A DNA stretch of 63,687 bases, filler included, from Octopus bimaculoides (Eukaryota): NCBI RefSeq assembly GCF_001194135.2. It is 7 parts of 6 records of this genome, joined end to end, with 100 filler letters (N's around TTAATTAATTAA, not from the genome) between each part and the next. Parts side by side here need not be neighbours in the genome. Positions count along the whole stretch, not along the records: positions 1 to 8,581 come from NC_068993.1; positions 8,682 to 34,363 come from NC_068981.1; 5 more parts are not named here. One strand, given 5' to 3'. The notes beneath the pieces are model-generated. The model was given only the letters and a program-made list of their open reading frames with translations, did no database searches and was not told where the DNA came from. Positions 1-12,112 of the stretch are shown here, piece after piece (position 1 is the stretch's first letter; every line of letters begins with the position of its first letter). The position numbers were made by a program, and so were the translations under genes.

Positions 1-1461
1 ACATTGTTACTTCTGATGTTTGTGAAGATATATTTGTTCGGTTAATCTCAGTCAATGTAGTTATATCTTCAGATACATAATAATCTGAAACTTTTGCGTC
101 AGTAGACAGAGTTGATGAAGTGATATCTGATTTTACTGGTGCAACGCTGCTTATATTGGTTGTTAAATGATCAGATGTTGAAATTTTGTAATCGAAAACT
201 ACTGTTACATTCTCTGTTTCTGTTTCATTGATTCCGAATGAGGTCTTCTCCGTTACTTTGGTCGTATCGCCTTCTGTTTCATGACTAGTCTGCCGTGTTA
301 CACTATCAGTAAAATCTTTAATAGGAGTGAATGACACCGTGTCATTCGGAGCTGTATGTGTAGAATATTCTTCCTTTGTTTCAATAGTTTCAGGAAAGAG
401 AGGAGATCTGGATGTTGATTGAGTTGGTGACACACTAAAATAGGTTTCATTTACTCCTGCAGTAATAACACTACTGGTCATAGTTTCTTCGCCACCATGT
501 TTGCTAGATGCTTCATTCTGAAAAGCCGTTGTAGCATTATCAAGGTAAGATACGAACCGAATTAGCTTAGATGACGATTCAATCGCGGTGTTTGTTGCAT
601 CTATAGTAAATGAAGAATCGGTTTTAAGTTCTTTTAATTCCCCTGTTGACATTTTACTCGTGTTGTAGTCAGTTGCACTATATCCAGTGTAATTTCTCAC
701 GCTACTTACAGATTGTGTTTCCAATAGTTTAGTGAAATCTTCTGTGCTGGATTCTTTAGCTGTCTGAATTGTAACGTTTTCAACCCAACTGTCTGATGTT
801 TCAATACGAATGCTCGTTGGCTCTGTAGTAGGATATATAGCTTTTCCCTCCTCAACCGAAGCAAAAGTTTTGAAGACTATTTCGTCTGCTGTATATATTT
901 GTGGAATGGCTGGAACGGAACTGGTATCATGAGAAGATTCAGATGGTAATGAGATTGCTTCGACTGTTTTTGTATCATTATAGAACATTTCGTCATCTTT
1001 GCTTATTGTGCTGGTATGTAATGTAGTAGATTTTTCAATGGTTTGGTTTAATTTATCAGTCGCATTTTCTCTAGAAAAATCTGTGATATTCTCTGATTTC
1101 GACGGGCCTTTTTCTGTTGTTGCATTGAATTGATCGATGAAATCGTCAGTAAATAGAAAATGATCTGTTGGCTGTCTCGGTGATGAATGTGACATTGTTA
1201 CTTCTGATGTTTGTGAAGATATATTTGTTCGGTTAATCTCAGTCAATGTAGTTATATCTTCAGATACATAATAATCTGAAACTTTTGCGTCAATAAACAG
1301 GGTTGATGAAGTGATATCTGATTTTACTGGTGCAACGCTGCTAATATTGGTTGTTAAATGATCAGATGCTGAAATTTTGTAATCGAAAAGTACTGTTATA
1401 TTCTCTATTTCTGTTTCATTGATTCCGAATGAAGTCTTCTCCATTAATTTGGTCACATCGC
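1..1461 (-). repeat. In-frame internal repeat of the mucin exon, period 1191 bp (397 codons)
   Basis: ACATTGTTACTTCTGATGTTTGTGAAG at 1 recurs at 1192; near-identity extends ~250 bp. Motif YYVSED(I/V)T-LTEI-RTNIS occurs three times (~1-100, ~1200-1290, ~1790-1840). Confidence 0.9.
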
Positions 1462-2694
1462 NNNNNNNNNNTATTTCTGTTTCATTGATTCCGAATGAAG
1501 TCTTCTCCATTAATTTGGTCACATCGCTTTCTGTTCCAAGACGAGTCTGTTGTATAGTCTGTGACGTTGAGTCTGATCTTACCGTTTCACTTGTTACACT
1601 GTCAGTACTATCTTTAATTGGTGTGAATGATATTGTGGTATTTTCAGGTATATGTGTAGAGTATTCTTCTTCTGTTATATTAGTTGTAAGAAAGAGAGAT
1701 GTCGTTGGTTGAACAGACGACATATTGAAATCTGTTTCGTTTTCCCTAACAGTAATAGTTTCGTCTAAAACACGAGTCGTAGATATATTTGTCCTGCTAA
1801 TTTCAGTCAATTCAGTAACATCCTCAGATACATAATAGCCTGGAAGTCTTGTGTCTGTAAGCTGGGTCGTTGAAGTGATATTTGCTTCAGTGATTGTAGC
1901 CCTGCTAATGTCGGCTGCAAAAGAATCAAACGAACTCTTCTCCTTTATTTCTGTAAAGTCATCTGTTGTATCACCAAGATCAGGTTGAAATGTGACTGCT
2001 AGTGTTGAGTCTGATTTTAAATGCTCTTCTGTCGTTGCCTTTCTAAACTGGGTAGGCATTAAAGACTTTTCTGTTTCCATAACTTCTGAAGTTACAAGGT
2101 CCATTGTAGAATGTAGTTTTGTTGTTATACCTTTCTTTTTCTTTGTCATATCAGTTTCAAAGAGGAAACTCGGTGTGACTGCTGGTTGGGTTGATGAGGC
2201 GTTTTTATCTGTACTATCATCACTAACTGCAATAACTGTTCGACTAGTATCAAAAGCTTCCCGTCTCAATGAAGCAGGTGACGCTGTGGATGTAGTTATA
2301 TTTGTGTCAGTGTCGTGCTCTGAAATAGAAGAGCGTATCAGTGTACTACCAGTTGTTTCATATTTTTGTACGCTAAATATTGGTAGAGAGCTAGATGTAG
2401 CCTTAGATGGGATTGTTGTTTCAGAGGTTGCATCTGTGTGAAATTGTTTTGTGACTGGCGGAGACCTTGATGTCTTCGCGGCTGTAACATTTAATTTTAC
2501 TTTAAGTGTAGTATCTGACATGATTGTACTAGCTTCATAAAGATGTCGAGATGTTGTCGTAGCTATTGTGACATGTGATACGCTTTTCTGAGAGTCTTCA
2601 TCGTGAGAGACACTTGTCGACTTCGTCTGATATGTGCTCGCTGTTTGGATAAGTCTTGCAGTGGTTTTATGTAGCAATATGTCGCAAGTTGTTC
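1..2694 (-). CDS. Large internal coding exon of a Ser/Thr-rich mucin-like protein; runs off the left edge
   Basis: I checked every minus-strand codon from 2692 to 2 and found no stop (~897 codons; frame kept across the 10-N gap). Acceptor: long T tract + TTAATAG at 2696-2695. Translation begins (G)TTCDILLHKTTARLIQTASTYQTKSTSVSHDEDSQKS; T/S/E/D-rich with many N-x-S/T sequons. Confidence 0.85.
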
Positions 2695-2836
2695 CTATTA
2701 ACAAAAAAAAAAACAAAAAAAAAACAAGATATAAACGCATGTTTCTTATCATAGACATGAAGCTTTAGACAAATATATTTGAAGATATTGATGCAGAAAA
2801 TTAACCTAACAGTGTAATGTTTGGAAGACTGAGATC

Positions 2837-3054
2837 TGTGAGTGGGGCTGAAGAGTTACTGGCTTTGGCTAAAAGAAAATACAGGAGGATCAGTTAATTA
2901 TGATTTTATTCAACATATTCCCCCTCTCAGATTCACACACACTGCATCTGTCCTTCAGTTTTCTAACTCCTTTAAGAGATCTCGGAAGGTTAGGCCTCCA
3001 ACCAGACCTTTCGTAATACCCTTAAAGCCAGGAAATTTTCAGCACCCTCTCGTA
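2837..3054. mobile_element. Mariner-type MITE
   Basis: Inverted ends GAGTGGGGCTGAAGAGTTACTGGCTTT / AAAGCCAGGAAATTTTCAGCACCCTCTCGTA; a partial second copy lies at ~47107-47250. Confidence 0.7.
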
Positions 3055-3088
3055 GTAGCTCAATCCTTCGCCATTGACTCCCTTAGAC

Positions 3089-3421
3089 CAGGGTTTCTCA
3101 ACGATTTCTTTAATCTGTGGACCCCTTTGATTACTATTTTATTCTGATGGACCATAAAACCATTCGATGTTTAAAAATTAGTTTAATGGAAACTTATTCC
3201 ACAATTCCTATTTTGTATTTCACTCATTCACTTGTATTGGTCGAATAATGTAAAATGGCTGTTTCTTTTAATATATATCAATACATACATCTAAAGCAAA
3301 ATATTTTTAGGGGCCATTGAAATACTATTGTAGGTCCCCAATTTACTATTTTGTTGCGCGGACCCACAAGAATCTTACGTCGACCCTCAGAGGCTATATG
3401 GACCCCGGTTGAGAACCACTG
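3089..3421. mobile_element. hAT (Charlie-like) MITE
   Basis: TIRs CAGGGTTTCTCAAC / GTTGAGAACCACTG; flanking 8-mers CCTTAGAC / ATTTAGAC (6/8) fit an 8-bp TSD. Confidence 0.8.
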
Positions 3422-5399
3422 ATTTAGACGATACACTTAAATGAATCAAAGTCATTTGTTCAGTGGAGTGTTTACAACAGTGATGATGGACAAGAGCCTA
3501 CTAAGTGACAATGTAATTGAGTGGTAACCTCACATGGTCAACTAATAATCAGTGTAACAGAGCTATTGAAGGTTTAATCGGTGAGAAGTATTATTGCTAT
3601 TTTTTCAGTCTCAGACAATCTGTTTAGATTTCTGGAATGTCTTTTATCAAAAGTTTGCTCGATGAGAGCTAGCATGGACCTAAACTACAATAATTATCTT
3701 TCCTCCTGCCTAAGCCTTATCAGTTCAGGCTCTTTCTTAAGTAGTTAAGTTAATTGTGGCCCTGATAGATTATTTCCTAGTTGTTCCTGAATCATGATTG
3801 GTACCGATTAGGTTATTTGGCCCTTACTGGAATCTTTCTGTATTTCATAGAAATCTTTCTATTTCATAAAAATAGATACCATGTTCACCTTCACTCAATG
3901 TTCTAGCTTGAAAGTATTTGTGTATGTGGTCTAGTTCCAAATTAACACAGATCAAGCACATCTCTAGCCAAAGGCATTCCACCCGTGACCTTTTCATTTT
4001 TGGGGACATAGCTTATTTTCGATTGCATCAGCTAATTTATCCTTCATTGTTTTAAAAATAAGAAATGGGTGGTAGTTTAAGATATATTTCGTTGCTTTTT
4101 TTGTAAGTCGAGTAATCATATAGCGGTTCTCTTTTTTGCTCAGAGCATTTAAGTGATAAATACTGCTGAGTTAAAACATATCTGTGAACAACTATCGGCT
4201 AAACAAGAAATTATTAGTGTTTACCAATGTTGAGACAGTACACGAAAAGGAAGCTTTCAGTAGAATTACAATAACCTCACGGAATATGAAAATTACAATG
4301 TGCTTACAGTTACTGCAACTGCAAACACAAGCAATCTTAAAAAACAAAACAATGAAAAAACATGCGAAACAACTTAGTGAACTATAACAGAAATAGCATT
4401 TGAAAAAAACAAAAACACTATGTCTCCCACTCAGTGCACACGATGATAAAAATCACACACACACACACACACATACACACACACAGTAGTAGCAACATTA
4501 AAATCGGCAATAGCTCCGAACAGTGCACTGGCAAGCATAGCAACAATGACAAGTATATAATAGAGACAGCCGTCCTGTGCAGATCAAGTTTTTTCTTGCC
4601 CGCATCTCTCAGAATATAAACCCACAGGAACAGAATAAAGATTAACGAGAATCTAACATGTCGAATCTGTTACACTAACTCACATATAATTAACCACGGA
4701 ATGTCAGAATGGGCAATATGCTCCCCTTCTAAATTGAGGTATATCCAGACGTTCAGTCAACAGTCTATAAGGAATGCATAAACTAAGTCAGAACTAATCT
4801 GGTGCTACAAAGCAATAACAGGTATAGAACAATAATAGATAGAGATCTAGATGAAATGGGATAGTGTTAGCTAAGCATATTTACTGGAGGCAAAAATGCA
4901 GTGCTGGTGACATAGTGTGAACCTCCCAGCGTGCGTTTGGTGACAGGACATGGACTTCCGAGCATGCTTTATGATCGAACATCAGCCACTGCCAAGCGTG
5001 TGTTTTGTGCTAGGATATGAACCATCGAATGTGCGATTGGTGATATGACATTAACCGCCGAACATATTGTAGGTTGGTCAACCATTTACCAACTCGATCC
5101 AATACTTATCTATTTAAATATAAAATAGGAAGAAAAAGAAAAAGAGAAAGAAATAAAAGCCTGAAATAGCATATCTCTCTCTTGATGCATAGATACCATA
5201 CGTACGTACGTATATACATACATACATACCGACATACATAAATACATACATACATACATACGTACATACGTACGTACGTACATACATACATACATACATA
5301 TACGAATCCTAAATCATTTGCTCAGTGTAGAGAATAAACCACCAATATTGCCCAAGCGACCTTAACACCAAGTTTGCTATTCAGTTTACATGTGAAGTC

Positions 5400-5725
5400 G
5401 CATTTCTCAGTGGTTAAAGCGTCGGGCTCACAATTATGAGGTTGTGAGTTCGATTCCAGGCCCAGGCAGTGTATTGTGTTCTTGAGCAAGACACTTTATT
5501 TCATGTTGCCTCAGTTCGCTCAGATGTAGAAATAAGTTGCGACATCACTGGGGTTAAGCTGTATCGGCTTTTGCCTTTCCCTTGGATAACATAGGTAGCG
5601 TGGAGTGGAGAGGCTTGTATACATGGGCGACTGCTGGTCTTCCATTAACAAACAGACATGTACCTTGGAGGGAAAATTCCTAGGTGCAATCCCATGGTCA
5701 GTCATGACCAAAGGGGGTGTTTACC
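5400..5725 (+). mobile_element. tRNA-derived CORE-type SINE
   Basis: A/B-box-like TGGTTAAAGC...GAGTTCGATTCC, then TGTGTTCTTGAGCAAGACACTTTATTTCATGTTGCCTCAGTT resembling the CORE domain. Confidence 0.7.
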
Positions 5726-6264
5726 GTTTACGATTCATCCAAGGTTGGTTCCTTGTGCCATACGCCTCTTACACAAATCGGGCTCAGAACACATAACCAT
5801 GTTGCGATACAATTTCTTTTTCTCGACGGGCCTGCTCGCTTTTTTATATTATCCCAAAACAAATAAAAGAAAAAATAGCCTATAACCTTCAAGTTATCCG
5901 AACAAGTTTCTTCAAGGGACACAACTCATGGAACAATAATTACTGAATGGGATGAGATACCACAGATCTTTACTTAAGTATGATTACAAATTGTATCTGT
6001 GCGAACTGTACTGACTCTACTGACGATGCTTCTGTCTAATGCTGAGAGAATACGGGGTAAGGAGGCATCACCTGTCGCTAGTTTCCGGCCATCTACGGTC
6101 GCTGCCTGCATTTATGTATACAATTATATGTGCGTTGACGACAGAAACAAAGCCATTTAGCTCTATTTCTAGCAGTGTAGGTGTTCTAACACTCTGAGTC
6201 ATATTTAATGACATTTATTGTTTTCCATTCTGGTGAAACTTTGCTAACTAGCTGCCTCACTGTT

Positions 6265-6440
6265 TTTTTCTCTGTCTTTCTCTCTCCCCTCTTTCTCTTT
6301 CTCTCTCCCCTCTTTCTCTTTCTCTCTCCCCTATTTCTCTTTCTCTCTCCCCTATTTCTCTTTCTCTCTCCCCTCTTTCTCTTTCTCTCTCTCCCTCTTT
6401 CTCTTTCTCTCGCTTTCCCTTCTTTCTCTCTCTCTCTCTC
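6265..6440. repeat. Pyrimidine minisatellite, ~21-bp unit CTCTTTCTCTTTCTCTCTCCC
   Basis: About six visible tandem units; explains the ORFs at 6186-6530. Confidence 0.9.
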
Positions 6441-7110
6441 TCGTTGTTCACACGTGACCATCGTCCATCTTTCTTTTCCTGACATGACCATCTTTCTTTT
6501 CCTAACGTGACCATCTTTCTTTTCTTGCACGGAAGTTCAGAAGGACAGACGTGTTTTTATCTCTCTCTTCTATCTTTTCTCTTTTCAAAAAAAAAGTGTT
6601 TCTCCCAGCATTCATAATTTTCCTCTCGTTGTGGTCTAACGACCCTGAATTTTCTTTTCGTTCAGTTTCCTTGTATGTCTCTACTGCCATGTTTTTGTTC
6701 CCAACTTTGACCGTCCATAAATCCTAAATTTTATTTTAGAATTTATGGGAGCAACTGTCTTTGAAGACTCATATTGTCGTTGAATGCTCGAAATGAGGAG
6801 TAGATAGACAGCCGACAACTGATGAAGGGACCTTTCTCTGTGTTTACTTGTCCTGTTTTCCATTTTTTCTCGTTGTTTATATATATTATATATGATTTAT
6901 TATATATATGTGTGGGTATGTGTGTGCGTGGGTGTGTGTGTACACACATACATACACACACACACCCATACGCACTTAAAAGCGCACGCGTAGCAGAGAC
7001 TATATGAAATGTGAAGCAAAGATGAATTTAAATGCACTTCAGTTCTATGAAGGTTAGAAGGCCGAAACTTCGAGGTCACTGTCAGCAATCTTGTAAAAGT
7101 ATAAATAATG

Positions 7111-7166
<56 letters not shown>

Positions 7167-7183
7167 ATCTGTCTATCTATCTA

Positions 7184-7278
<95 letters not shown>

Positions 7279-7477
7279 GTATGTATGAATGTGTGTGTGT
7301 GTGTGTGTGTGATGTTTTCACTTACATTTTTATTTACATGTAATGGCTATCTTTACTCTTAATTGGACATACAAACGTATAATAACTTTCGATTTTCTCT
7401 CTCTCGCACTCTCTGTAGGTGTGTGGTAAGAAGCTTGCTTTCCAGCCACATGGTTCTGGGTTCAGTCGCACTGCGTG

Positions 7478-8550
7478 TCATCTTGGGCAAGTGTCTTCTA
7501 CTATAGCCTCGAGCCGACCAAAGCCTTGTGAGTGAAATTGGTTTGGTTGACAGAAACAGAAAGAAGCTTGTTGTGTGTGTGTGTATATAAATATATATAT
7601 ATATATAATATAAATGATATATATATGCATGTATACATACGTATATGTACATACTTACATATATACGTATATACATATGCATATGTGGGCACAGGACGTC
7701 ATAGAACGTAAAATACAAAAAATACAAAAATATGGAATACGAAATACGAATACATGAAATATGAACTTTTTTGCGAACAACAAAGGAAACAAATGGAAAA
7801 CATGACACGCAACACAAAGAACGGCCCTTCATCAGTTGTAGACTGTTTTTCTAATCCGTATTTCGAGCATTTTACAAGATACGCCTTCGATAAAATAGTT
7901 GTTCCCTCAAAGTAAATTAAATAAAATTTGGAATTTTCTGGAAGGTCAAAATTTGTAACAAAAACAGGACAATGAAAACAAACAGGAAGTTGTGCTAAGC
8001 CTAAACGAAGTGAGGTAGCGAACGCGAAGAAGCAGGCCTGGAGAGGAGACATACAAGAATAGGTCTGTTTCATCCAACTGTATCAGAACGAAAAAAAGAA
8101 ACAACTTAGGGAAAGAAGAAAGATGGCCGATGGTCACCTGGGAACCACGAGAGATCAAAGGAGGAGAGTGAGGGTGAGAGAGTGATAGACAGAGAACGGC
8201 GAAGAGGAGAGAAAAAATTAGAGAAAGGGTAAGAGAGAAAAAAACGAGAAGGAGAGAAGAGGAGATAAAAAGAATTAGAGAGAAGAAGAGAGAAAACGAA
8301 AGAGTGATAGAATAATAGAGTAATAGAAGAGACATCTGTGTGTGGTGCCTGTGTTTGTCCCTCCCATCCCCACTTGACAGCCGGTGTGGGTGTGTTTACG
8401 TACCCGTAACTTAACGGTCCAGCAATAGAGACCGAGAGAATAAGTAACAGGCTTAAAAAGTAAGTCCTGGGGTGGATTCATTCGACTAAAAATTAAAAGT
8501 GGTGCACCACCGTGGCTGCAGTCTAATGACTGAAACAGGTAAAAGATAAA
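7478..8550 (+). mobile_element. Composite CORE-type SINE: head 7478-7570, tail 8335-8550, interior expanded by microsatellites and another repeat
   Basis: Head GTGTGGTAAGAAGCTTGC...CTTGGGCAAGTGTCTTCTACTATAGCC; tail GTTTGTCCCTCCC...GACTGAAACAGGTAAAAG. Both parts recur elsewhere in the window. Confidence 0.7.
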
Positions 8551-8581
<31 letters not shown>

Positions 8582-8681
8582 NNNNNNNNNNNNNNNNNNN
8601 NNNNNNNNNNNNNNNNNNNNNNNNNTTAATTAATTAANNNNNNNNNNNNNNNNNNNNNNNNNNNNNNNNNNNNNNNNNNNN
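8582..8681. other. Assembly spacer: 44 N + TTAATTAATTAA + 44 N
   Basis: Identical 100-bp construct at 8582, 34364, 42888, 49012, 54536 and 58880; the 12-mer has stops in all six frames. Confidence 0.95.
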
Positions 8682-8682
8682 A

Positions 8683-9440
8683 TACGTGGGTCGGCTGAAA
8701 AGTTCATAGGTTGATCAAGATACACTCATGGGATGTGACCAGATGAGGTTTATTTTGCAGCATAGTGCCCTTTGCGGTCCACACACTTCTGCCATCGGTG
8801 TTGTTGTGCTTGTGTCCTATTGGTGAAGAAGCTTTCATCCTGTTGCTCAAAAGAAATGCATCAACTACAGATATGGCATCATCCTCATCACTGAGACACT
8901 GATTCTCAGCCAAGTGTCTTTGTATGTTGGGTATCAGATAATAGTCAGATGGGGCTAAATCAGGAGAATAGGGATGGTCATCAATCAGTTAAAAGTCACA
9001 GTCACGCACAGTAACCTTTGAAACCAAAGATTGTGTCGACGCCCCCAGGCGAATAAGTAGGATCTTCCAAGACATATAGAGGTAGACTGGCCGTGGTAGA
9101 GTGTTGAGTAGAGTCGAGTAGCTGTTGAGTAGCAGTCGAGTAGCGCTTGTGTAGCAGTGGAGTAGAGATCATCCGAAGGTGCTAGATAGCAGTAGCTTGA
9201 GACATAACAAAACCAAAGACCTGTGTGCTGGAACTTTGTCCTGATGAAACAAAACCCCTTTCGTCGGCTTTGCTCGGCGTTTTCCCTTGATAGCTTTTCG
9301 TAACTGCCTCAACAAGTGTGCATACTACTCTCCATTGATGGTGTGGCTCTTTTGAAGATAAGTCAATAAACAAATGCCTTTTGCATTCCAAAATACTGAG
9401 ATCATTACCTTCTCTGCAGATGAAACGCATTTCGTAATTG
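8683..9440 (-). mobile_element. Mariner transposase pseudogene, 3' half with terminal repeat
   Basis: Translates ..SAEKVMISVFWNAKG..LFHQDKVPAHRSLVSKVTVRDCDF*LIDDHPYSPDLAPSDYY.. (YSPDLAP motif); TA + CGTGGGTCGGCTGAAAAGTTC terminus at 8683. Confidence 0.9.
9031..9209. mobile_element. 179-bp insertion inside the mariner, flanked by 10-bp direct repeat
   Basis: AAACCAAAGA at 9021-9030 and 9210-9219; removing the insert plus one repeat copy restores PAHRSLVSK. Confidence 0.8.
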
Positions 9441-9448
9441 TATATACA

Positions 9449-9510
9449 TACGAGAGTCGGCTGAAAAATTTATTGTCTAACTATGAAGGAGTGATGTTAG
9501 AATTAGATCA
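9449..9510 (+). mobile_element. Mariner terminal fragment of a separate copy
   Basis: TACGAGAGTCGGCTGAAAA matches the terminus at 8683 in the same orientation. Confidence 0.55.
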
Positions 9511-10619
9511 GCAGTCAAGCCAGAAAGGGATGGGTGAAAGTAGAAACGGGAAGGGGTCCTGAAAAACAAAGAAATAAATAAAAGGAAAGTAAAGAGAGAA
9601 GTGGGGTATATAGAAAGAAAAAATTAGGATAGAAGAAAACGGGATTATCGAAAGAAAGAAAGAGAATAAGAGAGGAATGCGCAGAACAAGAGAGAAAGAT
9701 GAAGAATGGAAAAGTAGGAAAGATAGGCAGAAAAAGTAAGAGAGGTAAGGTCTTAAGAGAGAAAAGATAGACAGAAACCGGTGAGAGAAAGGGAGAGAGA
9801 GAGGGAGAGAGAGACAGAGAGAGAAAGGGAGAGAGAGAGAGAAAGAGAGACAAAGAGAAAGTGATATAAAGAGACGTCGCACCAAATATTATCTGCTATG
9901 TGAGACTCCATTGACAGTGGGAACAAGAAGGTGAGAATAGTGGTGTTACATTAAAAAAAAAGTAAAATTTACACCGAAGGACGTTAAAGGAACCCACGGA
10001 AAAATCACATATGATAAATGGACATGCACACATCTCATCAGTTATGGACCGAAAATCATAAGGATTTCGTGCCATTATCGATAAGTCTGTTCATTTAGGT
10101 GTCGTCAGCATCAAAAAGCTGCCGGGGATGGTGATCAAACATAAACAAATGATAAACGATAAACGATAATAGAATCGGAACAAGACAATGGAAAACAACA
10201 TAGGTAATTGGTACATATATGAATATATACCTACATATAAAGACTTTTTGGTTATGAGACAACATTAAGACAGAATAAATATGTGCCGTACGTACGTATA
10301 TGTATATATATATATATATATATNNNNNNNNNNNNNNNNNNNNNNNNNNNNNNNNNNNNNNNNNNNNNNNNNNNNNNNNNNNNNNNNNNNNNNNNNNNNN
10401 NNNNNNNNNNNNNNNNNNNNNNNNNNNNNNNNNNNNNNNNNNNNNNNNNNNNNNNNNNNNNNNNNNNNNNNNNNNNNNNNNNNNNNNNNNNNNNNNNNNN
10501 NNNNNNNNNNNNNNNNNNNNNNNNNNNNNNNNNNNNNNNNNNNNNNNNNNNNNNNNNNNNNNNNNNNNNNNNNNNNNNNTATATGTATGTATGTATGTAT
10601 TATGTATGTATGTATATTC

Positions 10620-10735
10620 TCCAGGTTATAGTAGAAGACACTTGCCCAAGGTGTCACGCAGTGGGACTGAACTGAACCCGGAAGTATGTGGTTGGGAAGC
10701 AAGCTTCTTACCACAGAGCCACGCCTGTGCCTTTC
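10620..10735 (-). mobile_element. CORE-type SINE head
   Basis: Reverse complement of the head at 7478. Confidence 0.75.
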
Positions 10736-11221
10736 TCAAAACCGACTGGGTGTAGCTCAAGGGATACTTTGCTGTTGTTTCTCGCAATTCCATTGACCAC
10801 ATGGATGCACTCACGTTATCTCGAAACAGCGAGGAACGAACAGCTGTAATGCTTATATATGTTTTCATATCGTATCTCTTGGTCAGTTTTCACGCTGTTT
10901 TGATTTTATCTATCCAGCTTCCCTCTCTATCCATCAGTCAGTAGAGCAAGTCTGATCAGTTTGTTTATCCATCAATCATTATTCGACTGTTTTTCTGTTA
11001 TTTTATGCTTTATGTTTTATTACAAATTTACTCTGTTCTCTTCTTCGACATATCTTTCCAGTCTGGCCTGTATATTTGCGCACTACAACTACTACTACTA
11101 CTACTACTACAACTACTGTTGTTTTTATTACTTTCACTGTTGCTATTATCATTATTGATGTTGCTGTTATCATCATCATCATTCTTCTACTTATAAATTA
11201 TTATTATTATTATTATTGTTG

Positions 11222-11286
<65 letters not shown>

Positions 11287-11288
<2 letters not shown>

Positions 11289-11495
11289 GGCGACAAACTG
11301 GCAGAATCGTTAACACCCCGGGCGAAATGCTTAGTGGCATTTCGCCTGTCTTTACGTTCTGAGGCCGACTTTGCCTTTCATCCTTTCGGGATCGATAAAT
11401 TAAGTTTCAATGAAACACTGTGGTCGATGTAATCGCCTAATCCTCTCTCCCAAATTTCAGGCCTCGTGCCTTTAGTAGAAAGAATTATTATTATT
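11287..11495 (+). mobile_element. tRNA-derived SINE with Deu/Nin-like central segment
   Basis: GGCGACAAACTGGCAGAATCGTT...GACTTTGCCTTTCATCCTTTCGGGATCGATAAATTAAG...GTGCCTTTAGTAGAAAG; many copies in the window. Domain name is from recall. Confidence 0.75.
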
Positions 11496-11502
11496 ATTGA
11501 GT

Positions 11503-12060
11503 GTGAGAGCAGTGCATGCCATCAAAGGGACACAGTGGTACAAATATATGAAGCCGAATATACCCATCATGACTACCCGTCAAATAAGGGTACACAAGTT
11601 ACATACGTCACAACCGTATGTGCGCGATATGATGACCTTGTATCAAGATAAACAGTACATGACCTTACAGGTGGGGCCTAGTTGAAATTATTTGTAGGTC
11701 GAGTAACTCATCGCGCTCAAAAAGTCTCTGAATAAGGTTTGTTTATGGATGATGAACGAAACACCCACGTTTCCAAAGGTGAATTATTCAAACCTCAAAG
11801 ATTTCCTCTCAACACATGGCTATGATACTCCCCCACTATTTCTGCTCGTGATCAGAGATGCACATATCGTCAGCCACCAAGGGACATGCTCAACTGGTTA
11901 AGGTCAAGCAACTGACAAGCAAATCTGTGGTATTACGCAGAATATTTGCTGTAGTCCATCTTTTATACCAAGACAAAACAACGTACATGATAACACTTCC
12001 AATCAATTAAGATCAGAAACCACGAGAGCCACTGCCTGGTACTGCATTAGGGCATTTATG

Positions 12061-12112
<52 letters not shown>
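11503..12112 (+). mobile_element. Unclassified retroposon-like repeat ending in an (ATT)n tail
   Basis: ~550-bp complex sequence ending AGGGCATTT(ATT)n, abutting a SINE 3' end; no ORF. Confidence 0.45.

Noticed and set aside
1419-2441. Plus-strand ORFs 1419-1712 and 1992-2441
   Set aside because: Antisense shadows of the mucin exon.
4620-5095. Possible LINE 3' fragment (RLVTGHG..TAEHIV)
   Set aside because: Too degenerate to assign from a few residues.
6788-6830. GAAA...CUGAUGA family (also ~7830 and ~59110, minus) as a type II hammerhead
   Set aside because: Stem II cannot close (A opposite C) and stems I and III do not form; treated as an unclassified repeat.
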